This document shows positions 19,685 through 30,628 of a stretch of DNA of 64,000 bases, piece by piece. The position numbers and the translations under genes were made by a program. The stretch is taken from positions 640,001 to 704,000 of the forward strand of contig OZ241326.1 of the NCBI GenBank assembly GCA_965199855.1, written 5' to 3'. The notes under the pieces were generated by a model that searched no databases, was not told where the DNA came from, and worked only from the letters and a program-made list of their open reading frames with translations. This DNA comes from a bacterium (GTDB lineage Bacteria > UBA8248). Position 1 is the stretch's first letter, and every line of letters begins with the position of its first letter.

Positions 19685-20926
19685 ATGCGCCTGAACCTCA
19701 TCGCCCCGCTCGCCTGCGCCTTCTTTCTCCTTTCTCTGATTTTTCAGGAAGCGCCGGACGAATTCGCGACCTCTTTCCCGGAGGCGGCGGAGAAGGAAGC
19801 GTCCGCCGCCGGGCACTTCCGCCACCCCCTGCCCCCGATGGGCGAGGCGCCGGCGTCATACCGGGGCGCGGAGCGATCCCTGCTGCCGGAGCGCTGCGGG
19901 GGGTGCCACCCCGCGCAATACGCGCAGTGGAGAACCTCGCTGCACGCCAGGGCGATGGGACCGGGCGTCTATGGGCAGCTCGTCGATATGTGGCGGACGG
20001 ACCCCGGGGGCGCGCGGAGCTGCCATGAGTGCCACGCGCCCCTGGCGGAGCAGCGAAGAAGGGTGAAGGCGGGCGCGGGCGCCTCCGCGCGCTGGCGGAA
20101 GAACCCGGCGCATGACGCGAGGCTGGAGAGGAGCGGGTTGTCCTGCGCCGCCTGCCACGTGCGGGCGTGGCGCGTGCATGGCCCGCTCAGGAGGGAGGCG
20201 TCCCCGGCCGGTGCGGCGAGGAGCGGCGCGCACGCCGGCGTGGAGCGCGCGTCTTTTTTCAGCCGCTCCGAATTCTGCGCGAGCTGCCACCAGCACGACT
20301 TCCCCGGCCCGAACGGAAAGCCGATTCAGAACACGTACAACGAATGGAAGAACTCCCTCTGGGGCCGGGAGGGAGTCGCCTGCCAGAGCTGCCACATGCC
20401 CGGGGGCGCGCATCTGTGGCGGGGCATCCACGATGCGGAGATGACCCGGGGCGCCGCGCGGATAGAGGTGGCGCTTGGCGAAGAAGCGTCCGGGGAGGTC
20501 GCCACCGCCCGAATCAGGATCACGAATTCGGGCGCCGGCCATTACTTTCCCACGTACATTACGCCTTCGGTGGAGGTCGTCTCCCGGCTCGAGGACGCGA
20601 GCGGGCGCGCCCTGCCGGGCTCCCGGCAGATCAACGTGATCGGGCGGAGGCTCTCGCCCGACTTCAGCCGGGAGATCAGCGACACGCGCATCCCTCCGCA
20701 GCGGTCCATCACGTTCCGATACCGGCGCGCGCGCCCGCGGCGCGCGGCGCGGCTCCGGGTGCGCGTTCGCGCGCGCCCCGACGCCTTTTATGAGGATTTC
20801 TTCCGCCGCTTTCTCTCGCGCCCCGGCATTTCCGAATTGTCGCGCGGGCTCATTGAGCGGGCGCGGGACGCGGCCGCGGCGTCGGGCTTCGACATTTACG
20901 ATGAGTCGTTCGGGCTGAACCCCTAG
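19685..20926 (+). CDS. Exported pentaheme c-type cytochrome (c554-like)
   Basis: Five CxxCH motifs (CGGCH, CHECH, CAACH, CASCH, CQSCH), plus WxxSxH and GAGHYFPT. Confidence 0.88.
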   Translation: MRLNLIAPLACAFFLLSLIFQEAPDEFATSFPEAAEKEASAAGHFRHPLPPMGEAPASYRGAERSLLPERCGGCHPAQYAQWRTSLHARAMGPGVYGQLVDMWRTDPGGARSCHECHAPLAEQRRRVKAGAGASARWRKNPAHDARLERSGLSCAACHVRAWRVHGPLRREASPAGAARSGAHAGVERASFFSRSEFCASCHQHDFPGPNGKPIQNTYNEWKNSLWGREGVACQSCHMPGGAHLWRGIHDAEMTRGAARIEVALGEEASGEVATARIRITNSGAGHYFPTYITPSVEVVSRLEDASGRALPGSRQINVIGRRLSPDFSREISDTRIPPQRSITFRYRRARPRRAARLRVRVRARPDAFYEDFFRRFLSRPGISELSRGLIERARDAAAASGFDIYDESFGLNP

Positions 20927-23250
20927 AAAGCCGAGCGGGGAGGCTTCTCCCCCCGAACCGCGCGCGCGACGTCCTCCGGCGCGATGGGCAGCCTGTTCAG
21001 GTTGGGGTTCGCCGGGTCGCCGACGGCGTCCGCGATGGCGTTGGCGATCGCGGGCGCGGCCGGAATGAGCGGCATCTCCCCCGCTCCCTTCGCCCCGAAG
21101 GGCCCCTCCACGTCGGGCGACTCCACGATCACGCTCTCGATTTCCGAGACGTCCAGGCTCGTGGGGTTGAGCTGGCTCTCGAAGTCCGCGTGGGAGATCG
21201 CGCCGTCTTCATGGTGAACCTGCTCCGCCAGCGCCCAGCCCAGCCCCTGCGCGATGCCGCCCTCTATCTGGCCGTTCAGGGTGAGGGGGTTCATGGCGAA
21301 GCCCACGTCCTGCGCGCTGGTGATTCTCAAGACCGAAACCTCGCCGGTTTCGACGTCCACCTCGACCTCGGCGATCTGGGCGGCGAACTCGGGCCCCGGC
21401 CTTGAGGGCTCCGGGTGGCCGCGCGCGTTCTCCGCCCGGTGGGGCGGGTTCTCCCCGCGGTAGGCGCCGCGGCCGGTCACGGGCCCCTCGCCTTTCCAGA
21501 CGGCGGAATGCGCCGCTTCGGCGAACGCGACGGCGCGCGAGGGCGCCGCGCGGACGAAGATGCTCCCCTCTCCGACCTCCAGATCCTCCGGGGAGGATTC
21601 GAGCATCCGCGCCGCTTGGCGCAGCATCTGCCCGCGCGCGTCCTCCGCCGCCATGCGCACCGCGTGCGCCATGTTGAAGGTGGTTCGGCTGCCCGCGCTG
21701 ATGGCGTCGAAGGGCGCGGCTTCGGTGTCGGCGATGAGAACGCGCGCCTTCCGGACGTCCGCGCCCAGAACCTCCGCCGCCACCTGCGCCATCAGGGTGG
21801 CCGCCCCCGTTCCCAGATCGGAGCACCCGGTCAGGACGGTCAGCCCCCCGTCCTCGTTCACCTTCACCACGGCGCCCGACGCGCCCCCGCCCGTGGGATA
21901 GCGCGCGCAGGCCGCGCCCATCCCCCGGCGGATTCGCCCGCCCGGGCCCCTCCCGCCCCTCTTCGCCCAGCCCGCCCTCTCGCCCGCGCGCTTCAGCGTT
22001 TCCTTGACGCTCACGCTCTGGAGAATCGTGCCGGCGGGGTCGGCGTCGTTCTCCTCCATCGCGTTCAGGAGCCGGAAGGCGAGGGGGTCCATGCCCAGCT
22101 CGCGGGCGACGCGGTCGGTGTGCCGCTCGCAGGCGAAGGCGACCTGCGCCACGCCCAGCCCCCGGTAGGAGCCGCTGGGGGGCAGGTTCGTATAGACGAG
22201 CAGGCCGTCCACCCGGACGTTCGGAATCCTGTAGGGCCCCGCGGCGGTGTAGCAGGATTTTCCCAGCACCATCGGCCCGGTCATGCAGTAGGCGCCGTTG
22301 TTCGCCGTGATCCGGACGTGGCGCGCGAGGATTCTCCCCTCCTTCGTCACGCCCGTGCGGTAGCGCATCCGGTAGGCGTGCCTCGGGTTTCCGGTGATGG
22401 TCTCCTCCTCGCGGCTGAGGGTGAGCTGGACGGGCCTGTGCGTTTTCCGGCTCAGGAGCGCGGCCACGGCCTCCAGCAGGTGCTGGGATTTGCCGCCGAA
22501 GGCGCCGCCCACGTGGGTGCTCACCACGCGCAGCTTGTTCATGGGCAGCTCGAGGATTTCCGAGGCGATGGCGCGCACCACGAACGCCGCCTGGGTGGGC
22601 GAGTGCACGATGGTGCTGCCCTCGGGGCCGGGCTCGGCGAGCACGGCGCGGGGCTCCAGATAGTTCTGGTGAACGCGGGGCGTCTCGTAGGCGTCCTCGA
22701 AGACGAAATCGGCGCGCGCGAGCGCCTCCTCGATGGGCGCGCCCGACTGGATGAGAATCTCGGAGGCCACGTTTCCGTAGCGGACGGCGCCGGGAAACGC
22801 CTCGTAGTCCTCCGGCGCGTCGTGGAGGAGCGGGGCGCCGTCCCTGAGCGCGTCTTCCGTCGTGAACGCGGCGGGGAGCGCCTCGTAGTCCACGCGGATG
22901 CTCTCGACGGCGGCCCGGGCGGCCTCGGGCGTATCGGCGGCGGCGGCCGCCACGCGCTCGCCGACGTAGAGCGCCTTGTCGATGGCGAAGAGCGGCTCGT
23001 CGCGCACGAGCCTGCCGTGGCGGATGCCGGAGAAGTCCGCCGCCGTGACGACGGCGCGCGCGCCGGGGATTCTCCGGGCGGCGGCCGCGTCGATTTTCCT
23101 GATTCTGGCGTGCGGGTGCGGGCTCAGGAGCAGTTTCGCGGCGAGGAGGCCGGGCCTTCGCAGGTCGTCGCCGAAGTCGGCGAGGCCGGAGACTTTCTCC
23201 GCCGAGTCGAGCCGGGGGATGGGCTTGCCCAAAAGTCGGTAGTCGGACAT
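20923..23250 (-). CDS. Xanthine dehydrogenase family molybdopterin-binding large subunit
   Basis: GGAFGGK, YRGLG, GQIEGG and AKGAGE motifs. Confidence 0.92.
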   Translation of the reverse strand: MSDYRLLGKPIPRLDSAEKVSGLADFGDDLRRPGLLAAKLLLSPHPHARIRKIDAAAARRIPGARAVVTAADFSGIRHGRLVRDEPLFAIDKALYVGERVAAAAADTPEAARAAVESIRVDYEALPAAFTTEDALRDGAPLLHDAPEDYEAFPGAVRYGNVASEILIQSGAPIEEALARADFVFEDAYETPRVHQNYLEPRAVLAEPGPEGSTIVHSPTQAAFVVRAIASEILELPMNKLRVVSTHVGGAFGGKSQHLLEAVAALLSRKTHRPVQLTLSREEETITGNPRHAYRMRYRTGVTKEGRILARHVRITANNGAYCMTGPMVLGKSCYTAAGPYRIPNVRVDGLLVYTNLPPSGSYRGLGVAQVAFACERHTDRVARELGMDPLAFRLLNAMEENDADPAGTILQSVSVKETLKRAGERAGWAKRGGRGPGGRIRRGMGAACARYPTGGGASGAVVKVNEDGGLTVLTGCSDLGTGAATLMAQVAAEVLGADVRKARVLIADTEAAPFDAISAGSRTTFNMAHAVRMAAEDARGQMLRQAARMLESSPEDLEVGEGSIFVRAAPSRAVAFAEAAHSAVWKGEGPVTGRGAYRGENPPHRAENARGHPEPSRPGPEFAAQIAEVEVDVETGEVSVLRITSAQDVGFAMNPLTLNGQIEGGIAQGLGWALAEQVHHEDGAISHADFESQLNPTSLDVSEIESVIVESPDVEGPFGAKGAGEMPLIPAAPAIANAIADAVGDPANPNLNRLPIAPEDVARAVRGEKPPRSAF

Positions 23251-23297
23251 GCGCGGCCTCGGCGGGGGTGACCGCCGCCTCCATGAAGCGGAACGGG

Positions 23298-24047
23298 CTA
23301 CTGTATCGCGTTTTTCAGCTTTTCAAAAAAGCCGCGAATCCGTCTGGCGTTCGCCCCGACGTCGCCCGCGCCCACGCGGGACTTCGAGCGGATGTCGAGG
23401 CGCGTCTTCGCCCCGCTCGACGTGACGCGGACAACGATGTCGTCGACGAAGCCGTACCAGAACGTGGCGTCCGTCGCCTCGATGCGTCCCTCCGCCGGAT
23501 TCGACGCGACGACGCGCCAGCCCATGGCGCGCGCGGCGGCGAGGGCGCGCCCGAACACCTCCCTTTTTGAATCCCGCGAGATGAAGGGCCCGATGTCGGG
23601 ATACGCCTTCTCCTGCAGCCGCGCGATTCGCGCCCCCTCGTAGGCGGGCGGGTTCTTCGCCCCTTCCCGCAGGGGGAGGAGCGCCCGGAAGGCGGGCGGG
23701 TTTCGCGCGTCCGTCGTGATGTCGTGAATCCTGGGCACCCGTCTCGCGATTTGCATCTGCGCGTGAAGAAAGCCGGCCACGGCGAAGCCCAGCGCGGCGG
23801 CGGCCGCCGCGGCCAGCGTTCTGCTCCGGGAGGCGTCGCGCAGGGCGAACACCCCTCCCGCCACCGAGACGGGCACGGAGAAGAGAGCGATGACGGAGGC
23901 GGCCTTGAGAATCCGGAATCCCGCGCCGAAGCCCCACAGCTCCCAGCGATGGCCCGCTCCCGAGGCCAGGGCGGCGAGGGCGCAGGCGGCCGCGATCGAC
24001 AGGCCCAGCCAGGCGAGGGACGCGAGGGCGAAGCGCTTCCTGGTCAC
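23298..24047 (-). CDS. DUF1499 domain membrane protein
   Basis: IHDITTD, FWYGFVDDIVVRV and RSKSRVG-GDVGANARRI motifs. Confidence 0.88.
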   Translation of the reverse strand: MTRKRFALASLAWLGLSIAAACALAALASGAGHRWELWGFGAGFRILKAASVIALFSVPVSVAGGVFALRDASRSRTLAAAAAAALGFAVAGFLHAQMQIARRVPRIHDITTDARNPPAFRALLPLREGAKNPPAYEGARIARLQEKAYPDIGPFISRDSKREVFGRALAAARAMGWRVVASNPAEGRIEATDATFWYGFVDDIVVRVTSSGAKTRLDIRSKSRVGAGDVGANARRIRGFFEKLKNAIQ

Positions 24048-24354
24048 GAGTTTTCTTCTCCGGCGCCGGAAGGGGCGCTTTTCGATCCCTGGGGGCTGTC
24101 GGGTCGGCGGCTCGCCGCGACTCCGCGCGGGGCGCCTTTGGTTCGCGTCCTCCGAAGTGTGGTATCCTGCGCGAGACCGCGCCCGATTCTATACGAGGGA
24201 GCGCCATGCGGCCAATTCCACCCGCGAAGACCCGCCCGCCCGCTTTCGGGCGAAGGCCGGTCGGCCGGAGCGCCGCGGCGGAATTGCCCAGCGGCCGGCC
24301 CGGGACGATCGGCTATCGCCGCCGCGCCTTTTCTCTCCTCTGCTCGGGGACGCC

Positions 24355-24999
24355 GTGAGGCTCGACCCGTCGCTGGTCGTCATCACCGACCGGAAAATCC
24401 TGGCGCGCGCTTCCGGCAGAGGGCTCGAGGACGCCGTTCGGGCGGCCGCCGGCGGCGGGGCGAGCATGATTCAGCTCCGGGAGAAAGACGCGGGCGGCGC
24501 GGAGACGCTCCGCATGGCGGACGCGCTGCGCGAGGCGCTGGTGGGGACGGGCTGCGCCTTCGCGGTGAACGATCGGGTGGACGTGGCGATGGCCTGCGGC
24601 GCGGACGGGGTGCATCTGGGGCGGGAGGATTTGCCGCTTCCGCGGGCCAGGGCGATGGCCGGCGGCGCACTGTTCTACGGCGCGACCGCCGGGAAGCGCG
24701 AATGGGCGCTGCGCGCCGCCGCGGAGGGGGCGGACTACATCGGCGTGGGGCCCGTGTATGAGACGGGGAGCAAGGCCGGCGCGCGGGAGCCGATAGGCCC
24801 CGAAGGATTCCGGGAAATCATCGGTCTGGCCCCCGGCCTTCCCGCCGTCGCCATCGGGGGAATCGGCGTCGAGAACGTGGAGGCCGTGATGGCCGCCGGC
24901 GCCTCCGGCGTCGCCGTGATTGGCGCGGTGATGGGGGCGTCCGACCCCGAAGGGGCGGCCAGGGCGCTGCGGCGCCGCGTCGAGAGGGCGAGGGGATGA
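24355..24999 (+). CDS. thiE: Thiamine phosphate synthase
   Basis: IQLREK, NDRVD, GVHLG, TGSK and AIGGI motifs. Confidence 0.92.
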   Translation: MRLDPSLVVITDRKILARASGRGLEDAVRAAAGGGASMIQLREKDAGGAETLRMADALREALVGTGCAFAVNDRVDVAMACGADGVHLGREDLPLPRARAMAGGALFYGATAGKREWALRAAAEGADYIGVGPVYETGSKAGAREPIGPEGFREIIGLAPGLPAVAIGGIGVENVEAVMAAGASGVAVIGAVMGASDPEGAARALRRRVERARG

Positions 25000-26024
25000 T
25001 CGGCGAATCGGCCGCGGCGCTCGGCGAGTTCGCCCTCATAGAGCGCCTGAGAAGCAGGCTCGGCGCGGAGGAGAGCGGCGCGGAGGTCGTCGTCGGCAAC
25101 GGGGACGACGCGGCCGTCATCGAGGCGGGAGGAGGGAAATGCTGGGCGATGACGTGCGACGCCCAGGCGCAGGGCGTGCATTTTCCGATGTCGGAGAGCG
25201 TCTCCGGCTTCGACGCGGGCTGGAAGGCGCTGGCGGCGAACGCGAGCGACATAGCGGCCATGGGAGGAAGGCCGCGCTTCGCGCTCGTCTCGCTGGGCGT
25301 GCCCGGGGACGCGGCGGTCTCGTTTCTGGATGGCGCCTATGACGGGCTTCGCGCGCTCGCCGAGCGGTGCGGCGTCCTCGTTCTGGGGGGCAACGTCGCG
25401 CGGACGCAAGGGCCGCTGTTCATCGACGTGTTTCTCGTGGGCGAGGTGATGAGAAAAAGCGTTCTTCGCCGGAGCGGGGCGCGCCCGGGGGACAGGCTTC
25501 TGGTGACGGGGCGTCTGGGCGACGCGGCCGCCGGGCTGGATTTGCTGGCGCGGCCGCGGGACCGAATCCCGAAAGGTTCGCGGGAGCGGCTCGTCTCCGC
25601 GCAGTCGAGGCCGCGGCCCCGCGTCGCCGAGGGCGCGGCGGTCGCGGAGTCGGGGCTGGCCACCGCGATGATGGACGTCAGCGACGGTCTGGCCGGGGAC
25701 GTTCGGCATCTGTGCGGCGCGAGCCGGGCGGGCGCCGTTCTTTGGGAGGAGAGCCTGCCCGTCTCGGACGCCCTGCGCGCGTGGGCGTCCGTCTCCGGCG
25801 AAAACCCCCTCGAATGGGCGCTGCGCGGCGGAGAGGACTACGAGCTTCTCATCACGGCGCCCGGGGAGTCCGTTCGCGCGCTTCAGGAGATCGTCTCCGA
25901 AGCGGGGGGCGCGCCGCTCACGCCCATCGGCGAGATCGCGCCGCTCTCCGAGGGAATTTCCGTGAGGCGCGCGGAGGGAGTCTCTCCTTTGGAGAGCCTC
26001 TCCTGGGAGCATTTCCCCGCCTGA
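24996..26024 (+). CDS. thiL: Thiamine-monophosphate kinase
   Basis: GDDAA, NASDIAAMGG, DVSDGL and GGEDYELL motifs. Confidence 0.93.
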   Translation: MIGESAAALGEFALIERLRSRLGAEESGAEVVVGNGDDAAVIEAGGGKCWAMTCDAQAQGVHFPMSESVSGFDAGWKALAANASDIAAMGGRPRFALVSLGVPGDAAVSFLDGAYDGLRALAERCGVLVLGGNVARTQGPLFIDVFLVGEVMRKSVLRRSGARPGDRLLVTGRLGDAAAGLDLLARPRDRIPKGSRERLVSAQSRPRPRVAEGAAVAESGLATAMMDVSDGLAGDVRHLCGASRAGAVLWEESLPVSDALRAWASVSGENPLEWALRGGEDYELLITAPGESVRALQEIVSEAGGAPLTPIGEIAPLSEGISVRRAEGVSPLESLSWEHFPA

Positions 26025-26194
26025 CCGCGTCCTTCCCGGATGGCGGAAGGCGATTGCCGCGGGCCGCCGCGGCCATCCTCGCGCGGGAGGCGCCGCGCGG
26101 AGTTTGAGGTGGATTCCTTGGCAGATCGCCCCGCGCCTTCGCACATTCGGGACGTCCGCGAAAATCTTCTCGCCGGCGATTCGGGACGGGGGCG

Positions 26195-27436
26195 ATGAGC
26201 GCGCAGGGGCCGTTGAAGGGAATCCGCGTGCTCGACCTCTCGCGCATCCTCGCCGGGCCTTTCTGCACCATGATGCTCTCGGACCTGGGCGCGGAGATCA
26301 TCAAGCTCGAATCCCCCGGAAGCGGGGACGAAACCCGCGCCTGGGGCCCGCCGTTCGAGAAGGGGGAGAGCGCCTATTTCCTGAGCGTGAACCGGGGCAA
26401 GAAGAGCGTGGCGGTCGATCTCAAAAAGCCCGAGGGGGTGGAAATCGCCCGCGCCGTCGCGGAGCGGGCGGACGTGGTCGTCGAGAATTTCCGGCCCGGC
26501 GTCGCCGCGCGCCTGGGCGTCGGGCATGAGGCGCTGAGCGCGCTGAACCCCCGGCTGGTCTATGTTTCGGTTTCCGGCTTCGGGCAGACGGGCCCCTATC
26601 GGGATCGCTCGGGCTTCGACATCGTGGGCCAGGCGATGAGCGGCATCATGAGCGCCACGGGCGAGCCGGACGGCGGGCCCTGCAAGGCCGGGGTTCCGCT
26701 GAGCGACCTCGCGGCGGGCATGTGGGCGGCCTACGGCGTCGCCGGTGCCCTCCTCGCCAGGGAGAAGACGGGCAGGGGGCAGCGCATCGACCTCTCCCTG
26801 CTCGACAGCAGCGTCTCCCTTCTCACCAACCTGAGCGGCTGCTACTTCATGGACGGCGGCGTCGGCGGGCGGTGGGGGTCGGCGCATTTCCAGATCGTTC
26901 CCTACCAGGCGTTCCGGACGAAGGATCGGGAAATCATCATCGGGGTGACGAGCGATCGATTCTGGGAGCATTTCTGCGCCGTCATCGAGGCGCCCGGGCT
27001 GGCGGACGACCCCAGGTTCCGGGACATACCCGCCCGCGCCAGGAACCGCGCCGAGCTCATCCCCCTCCTGGAGGAGCGCCTCGCCAGAAGAAGCGGGGAT
27101 GAATGGCTGAAGCTGCTGGAGGAGAAGGGGATTCCGTGCGGCCCCGTCCACGACGTGGGCGAGGCGCTCGAGGACGCGCAGGTTCGCCACCGGGAGATGG
27201 TGGTGGAGACGGAGCACGCCCTGCTGGGCAAGGTGCGCGCCACCGGCCTGCCCCTGAAATTCTCCGAAAGTCCGGGAGGGGTGCAGGGCCCCGCCCCCCT
27301 GCACGGAGAGCACACCCGGGAGGTGCTGTCGAATCTCCTGGGGTTCGGCGGGGAGAAAATCGAAAGGCTGCTGGAGGAGCGGGTGGTCAAGGAGCCCGGG
27401 CCCCGATCGGCCCGGGGGATTCCCCTGAAGGACTAG
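26195..27436 (+). CDS. CaiB/BaiF family (class III) CoA-transferase
   Basis: LDLSRILAGP, NRGKKS, ENFRPG and GFGQTGP motifs. Confidence 0.93.
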   Translation: MSAQGPLKGIRVLDLSRILAGPFCTMMLSDLGAEIIKLESPGSGDETRAWGPPFEKGESAYFLSVNRGKKSVAVDLKKPEGVEIARAVAERADVVVENFRPGVAARLGVGHEALSALNPRLVYVSVSGFGQTGPYRDRSGFDIVGQAMSGIMSATGEPDGGPCKAGVPLSDLAAGMWAAYGVAGALLAREKTGRGQRIDLSLLDSSVSLLTNLSGCYFMDGGVGGRWGSAHFQIVPYQAFRTKDREIIIGVTSDRFWEHFCAVIEAPGLADDPRFRDIPARARNRAELIPLLEERLARRSGDEWLKLLEEKGIPCGPVHDVGEALEDAQVRHREMVVETEHALLGKVRATGLPLKFSESPGGVQGPAPLHGEHTREVLSNLLGFGGEKIERLLEERVVKEPGPRSARGIPLKD

Positions 27437-27440
27437 CGGC

Positions 27441-28598
27441 TCATTCCGAGGCGAGCGCCTCGATCAGCCCGCCGAGCAGCGCGCCTCTCGGGGCGATGGA
27501 GTCCAGCTCCAGATATTCCTCGTCCGTGTGCAGGCCTCCCCCCACGGGCCCCAGGCCGTCGAGCGCCGCGACTCCGAGCGGAGCGAGATAGTTGCCGTCG
27601 GAGCCTCCGCCGGTGTGGGCGTGCCGGAGTTCGACCCCCGCGCCGCGCGCGATTCCGGCGGCTATCGAGAGGAGCCTTTCCGTTCCCCGGCTGCGTTCCA
27701 TGGCGGGCCTTCCGCCGGTGACCTCGAATTCCGCGCGCGTTCCCTCGATGTGGGGCGTGGCGATCATCCGGCGCAGCGCGTCCGCCATGGAGTCGAGGTC
27801 CGCCTGCCGATCCGCGCGGAATTCGACGTGGCAGGAGGCCGCGTCCGCCACGACGTGCGGCCTCTCCCCGCCCGAGAGGCCGGTGATGTTGACGGTTCCG
27901 CCCGCGCCCGCCAGGCTCTGGACGTCCACCATCTTGTGGGCGAGCTCGTGCGCGGCGCTTCTGCCCTTCTCGGGCGCGACGCCGGCGTGGGCCGCGACCC
28001 CGCGGACGCGCAGGCTTCCGCAGCAGCTCCCCTTCCTCGAGGATACGATGGAGCCGTCCGCGCGGCCGGGCTCGATGATCAGCGCGCAGGCGGCGTCTTT
28101 TCCGAGCCGCTCGATCGTCTCTCTCGATGAGGGATTTCCGCGCTCCTCGTCGGCGTCGTAGAGAATCTGAATCGTCGAGAAGTCCCGGAACCCCCCGGCC
28201 AGCAGTGCCTCCACCGCGAACCGGCAGGTCACCAGCGCCCCCTTCATGTCGGCCACGCCCGGCCCCCGGGCGGCGCCTCCCTCGACGGAGAAGGGCCTGC
28301 GCGCGGCGGTTCCCTCGGGGAACGCGGTGTCGCAGTGTCCGATCACGAGTATCCGGGGGCCTTTCTCCCTCGCGCCCCGAAGCGTCGCCAGAAGGTGATC
28401 CCCCGTCCCGCGCGCGCCGGGAATCATCTCCACGTCGGCGCCCATGCCGCGGTATTTTTCCGCGAAATGGGCGGAGACGGCGTTCGTCCCCTCCCCGGGA
28501 AACGTCGGGGAGTCGATGTTCACCACGCGGGCGATTTCCTCGATGATCGCCTCTCTCCGCGCTTCGAGGTATTTTCTGACGGCGGCCGCGCCGATCAT
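27441..28598 (-). CDS. M20 family metallopeptidase (carboxypeptidase G2-like)
   Basis: GHCDT, GPGVADMKG, DEE, HAG, GGSDGN and HTDEE motifs. Confidence 0.9.
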   Translation of the reverse strand: MIGAAAVRKYLEARREAIIEEIARVVNIDSPTFPGEGTNAVSAHFAEKYRGMGADVEMIPGARGTGDHLLATLRGAREKGPRILVIGHCDTAFPEGTAARRPFSVEGGAARGPGVADMKGALVTCRFAVEALLAGGFRDFSTIQILYDADEERGNPSSRETIERLGKDAACALIIEPGRADGSIVSSRKGSCCGSLRVRGVAAHAGVAPEKGRSAAHELAHKMVDVQSLAGAGGTVNITGLSGGERPHVVADAASCHVEFRADRQADLDSMADALRRMIATPHIEGTRAEFEVTGGRPAMERSRGTERLLSIAAGIARGAGVELRHAHTGGGSDGNYLAPLGVAALDGLGPVGGGLHTDEEYLELDSIAPRGALLGGLIEALASE

Positions 28599-29377
28599 TC
28601 GCGCAATCTCCCCCGGTAGAAGCTTCCCGCGACGGAGTCTCCCGCGGCGAGAAGGTCGTAGAGGCCCTCCGGCACCGCCTCGAATACCGCCCGCGCGTCC
28701 CGGAGCGCCTTTTTCGAGACGCAGCGGCTCAGGTAAAGCGCCCGCTTCGCGCCGGGCGGGAAGCGGCGCGGGTAGCTTTCGGGATGGCTCGCCAGCCGCG
28801 CCAGATGAAGCGGCTCGATGACGTCGCCGGCTTCGAGCGCCGCGATCTCGCGGACCCGCTCCATCCGGTGGACGATTCTCTCGTCCGCCCTTCGCCCGAT
28901 CGCGCTCAGCCCCAGCACGAGGACGCAGCGCGTCGCCCCCCCGGGGACGACGGGCTCGCCCGGCCCCGGCGCCTTGATGAGCCGCTTCCTCGCGCCGTCC
29001 GTCTTCACGATGAGGACGCCTTGAAAGCCCGAGCGGCGTAGCGCCTCCGCCTGGCGCGCCTCGATGCCGCGAAACATGTTCCCCGGCAGCTTTTTCTCCA
29101 CCCAGACGACGCCGCCGCGGCCCGACCAGTCCCGCGCGGCGGACTGAAGCGAGGCGCGCCCCGCCTCGCTCAGCAGAACGGGCGGGGAGCCCTCCGCGCT
29201 GCCCAGGCCGTGGAGGTTCGTCGTGCTGGTGATGACGACGGGAAACGGCGCGTCCAGCGTCTCCCGGAGGAGCCGCTTCATGAGCGTGGCCTTGCCGCCG
29301 GCGCCCATGACGCAGATCATGTCGCCGGGCGAGACGCCCAGCATCGCGCGCAGGGCGGGCGCGGGTTCGATGCGCAT
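28595..29377 (-). CDS. yqeC: YqeC-like selenium cofactor / Se-dependent Mo-hydroxylase accessory protein
   Basis: GAGGK-TLM, TSTT and DGARKRLIKAP--EPVVP motifs. This is the real C-terminal part of the 563-aa ORF. Confidence 0.75.
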   Translation of the reverse strand: MRIEPAPALRAMLGVSPGDMICVMGAGGKATLMKRLLRETLDAPFPVVITSTTNLHGLGSAEGSPPVLLSEAGRASLQSAARDWSGRGGVVWVEKKLPGNMFRGIEARQAEALRRSGFQGVLIVKTDGARKRLIKAPGPGEPVVPGGATRCVLVLGLSAIGRRADERIVHRMERVREIAALEAGDVIEPLHLARLASHPESYPRRFPPGAKRALYLSRCVSKKALRDARAVFEAVPEGLYDLLAAGDSVAGSFYRGRLRE

Positions 29378-29379
29378 TT

Positions 29380-30528
29380 TCAGGCCGCGGCGCGGTAGAT
29401 TCTCTCGATGTCCTCCAGCGTCAGCTCCCTGGGGTTGCAGCTGAGAAGACGCTCGAGTCTGAAGGCGGCCTCGGCCAGTTCGGGGATGGCGTGGGCGGGG
29501 ACGTCCACCTCCCCGAGCCGGGTGGGCGTCCCGCAGTCGCGGCAGAGCCTCTCGACCGCGCCGACGGAGAGCGCCGCCGCCTCGTCCCGGGAGATGCCCT
29601 CGGTCGATTCGCCGAGCAGCTCCGCGACGCGGGCGAACTTCTCCGGCGCCGCCGCGTGGTTCTCCCGCACGACGTGGGGGAACATCAGGGAATTGCTGAC
29701 GCCGTGGGGAATGTGGAACCGCGAGCCGAGCGGATACGCCAGGGCGTGGACCGCGCCCGCCCCCGCCCCCGCGAGCGCCACGCCCCCGTAGTAGGAGCCG
29801 AGCGCCATGTCGGCTCTGGCCTCGAGGTCGCCTCCGTCCTCGCATACGCGCCTCAGCGCGCCGGCGATGAGCCTCATGCCCTCCAGGCTGTACATCTCGC
29901 TCAGGGGGGTGGCGTTTCTGGCCACGTAGGTTTCCAGGCAGTGCGTGAAGGCGTCCACCCCGGCGGCGGCGGTGACCCCGGGCGGGGCGGAGAGGGCGAG
30001 CTCCGGATCGACGATGGCGGCGAAGGGAATGACGCGCGTACTGACGATGGCCAGCTTCACCCGCTCCTCCGGCACCGAGAAGATGGCGTTGGGCGTGGCC
30101 TCGGCGCCGGTTCCGCTCGTGGTGGGCGCGAGGATGGTGGGCAGACCCGGCTTCGGGAGGAGCTCCACGCCGAGGTAGTCCCTCGGCGCGCCCTCGTTGC
30201 CCAGCAGCGCGCCCACGGACTTCGCCATGTCCATCGAGCTGCCGCCCCCGACTCCGACGACCAGGTCGAAGCCCCCGCCCCGGCACTCCTCGAGCGCCTT
30301 CTCCAGATCGCCGATGGCGGGCTCGGGCGGGCAGGCGTCGTAAATCTCCACGCCCGCGCCGGCCTCCTTCAGGGGCGCAATCGCCGCGTCCGCCGCGCCG
30401 GCCTCGCGCACGCCCTTGTCCGTGAAGAAGAGCGCGGCGCGCGCTCCCAGAAAGGCGGCCTCATCCTTGAGCTTCGAGATGACGCCCGCGCCGAACCAGG
30501 TTTTTTTCGGGTGGCGAATGCTGTGCAT
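29380..30528 (-). CDS. Iron-containing alcohol dehydrogenase
   Basis: GGGSSMD, PTTSGTGAE, DAFTHCLE and HALA...PHG motifs. Confidence 0.92.
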   Translation of the reverse strand: MHSIRHPKKTWFGAGVISKLKDEAAFLGARAALFFTDKGVREAGAADAAIAPLKEAGAGVEIYDACPPEPAIGDLEKALEECRGGGFDLVVGVGGGSSMDMAKSVGALLGNEGAPRDYLGVELLPKPGLPTILAPTTSGTGAEATPNAIFSVPEERVKLAIVSTRVIPFAAIVDPELALSAPPGVTAAAGVDAFTHCLETYVARNATPLSEMYSLEGMRLIAGALRRVCEDGGDLEARADMALGSYYGGVALAGAGAGAVHALAYPLGSRFHIPHGVSNSLMFPHVVRENHAAAPEKFARVAELLGESTEGISRDEAAALSVGAVERLCRDCGTPTRLGEVDVPAHAIPELAEAAFRLERLLSCNPRELTLEDIERIYRAAA

Positions 30529-30628
30529 CGGGCGAACTCCTTTCGTTCGGAAAGTCCCCTTCGCGGCGTCTCGCGCCGGGGCGGGCATTATCTCCATGCG
30601 CCCGCCTCCGCGCAACGGATTCGGGGAA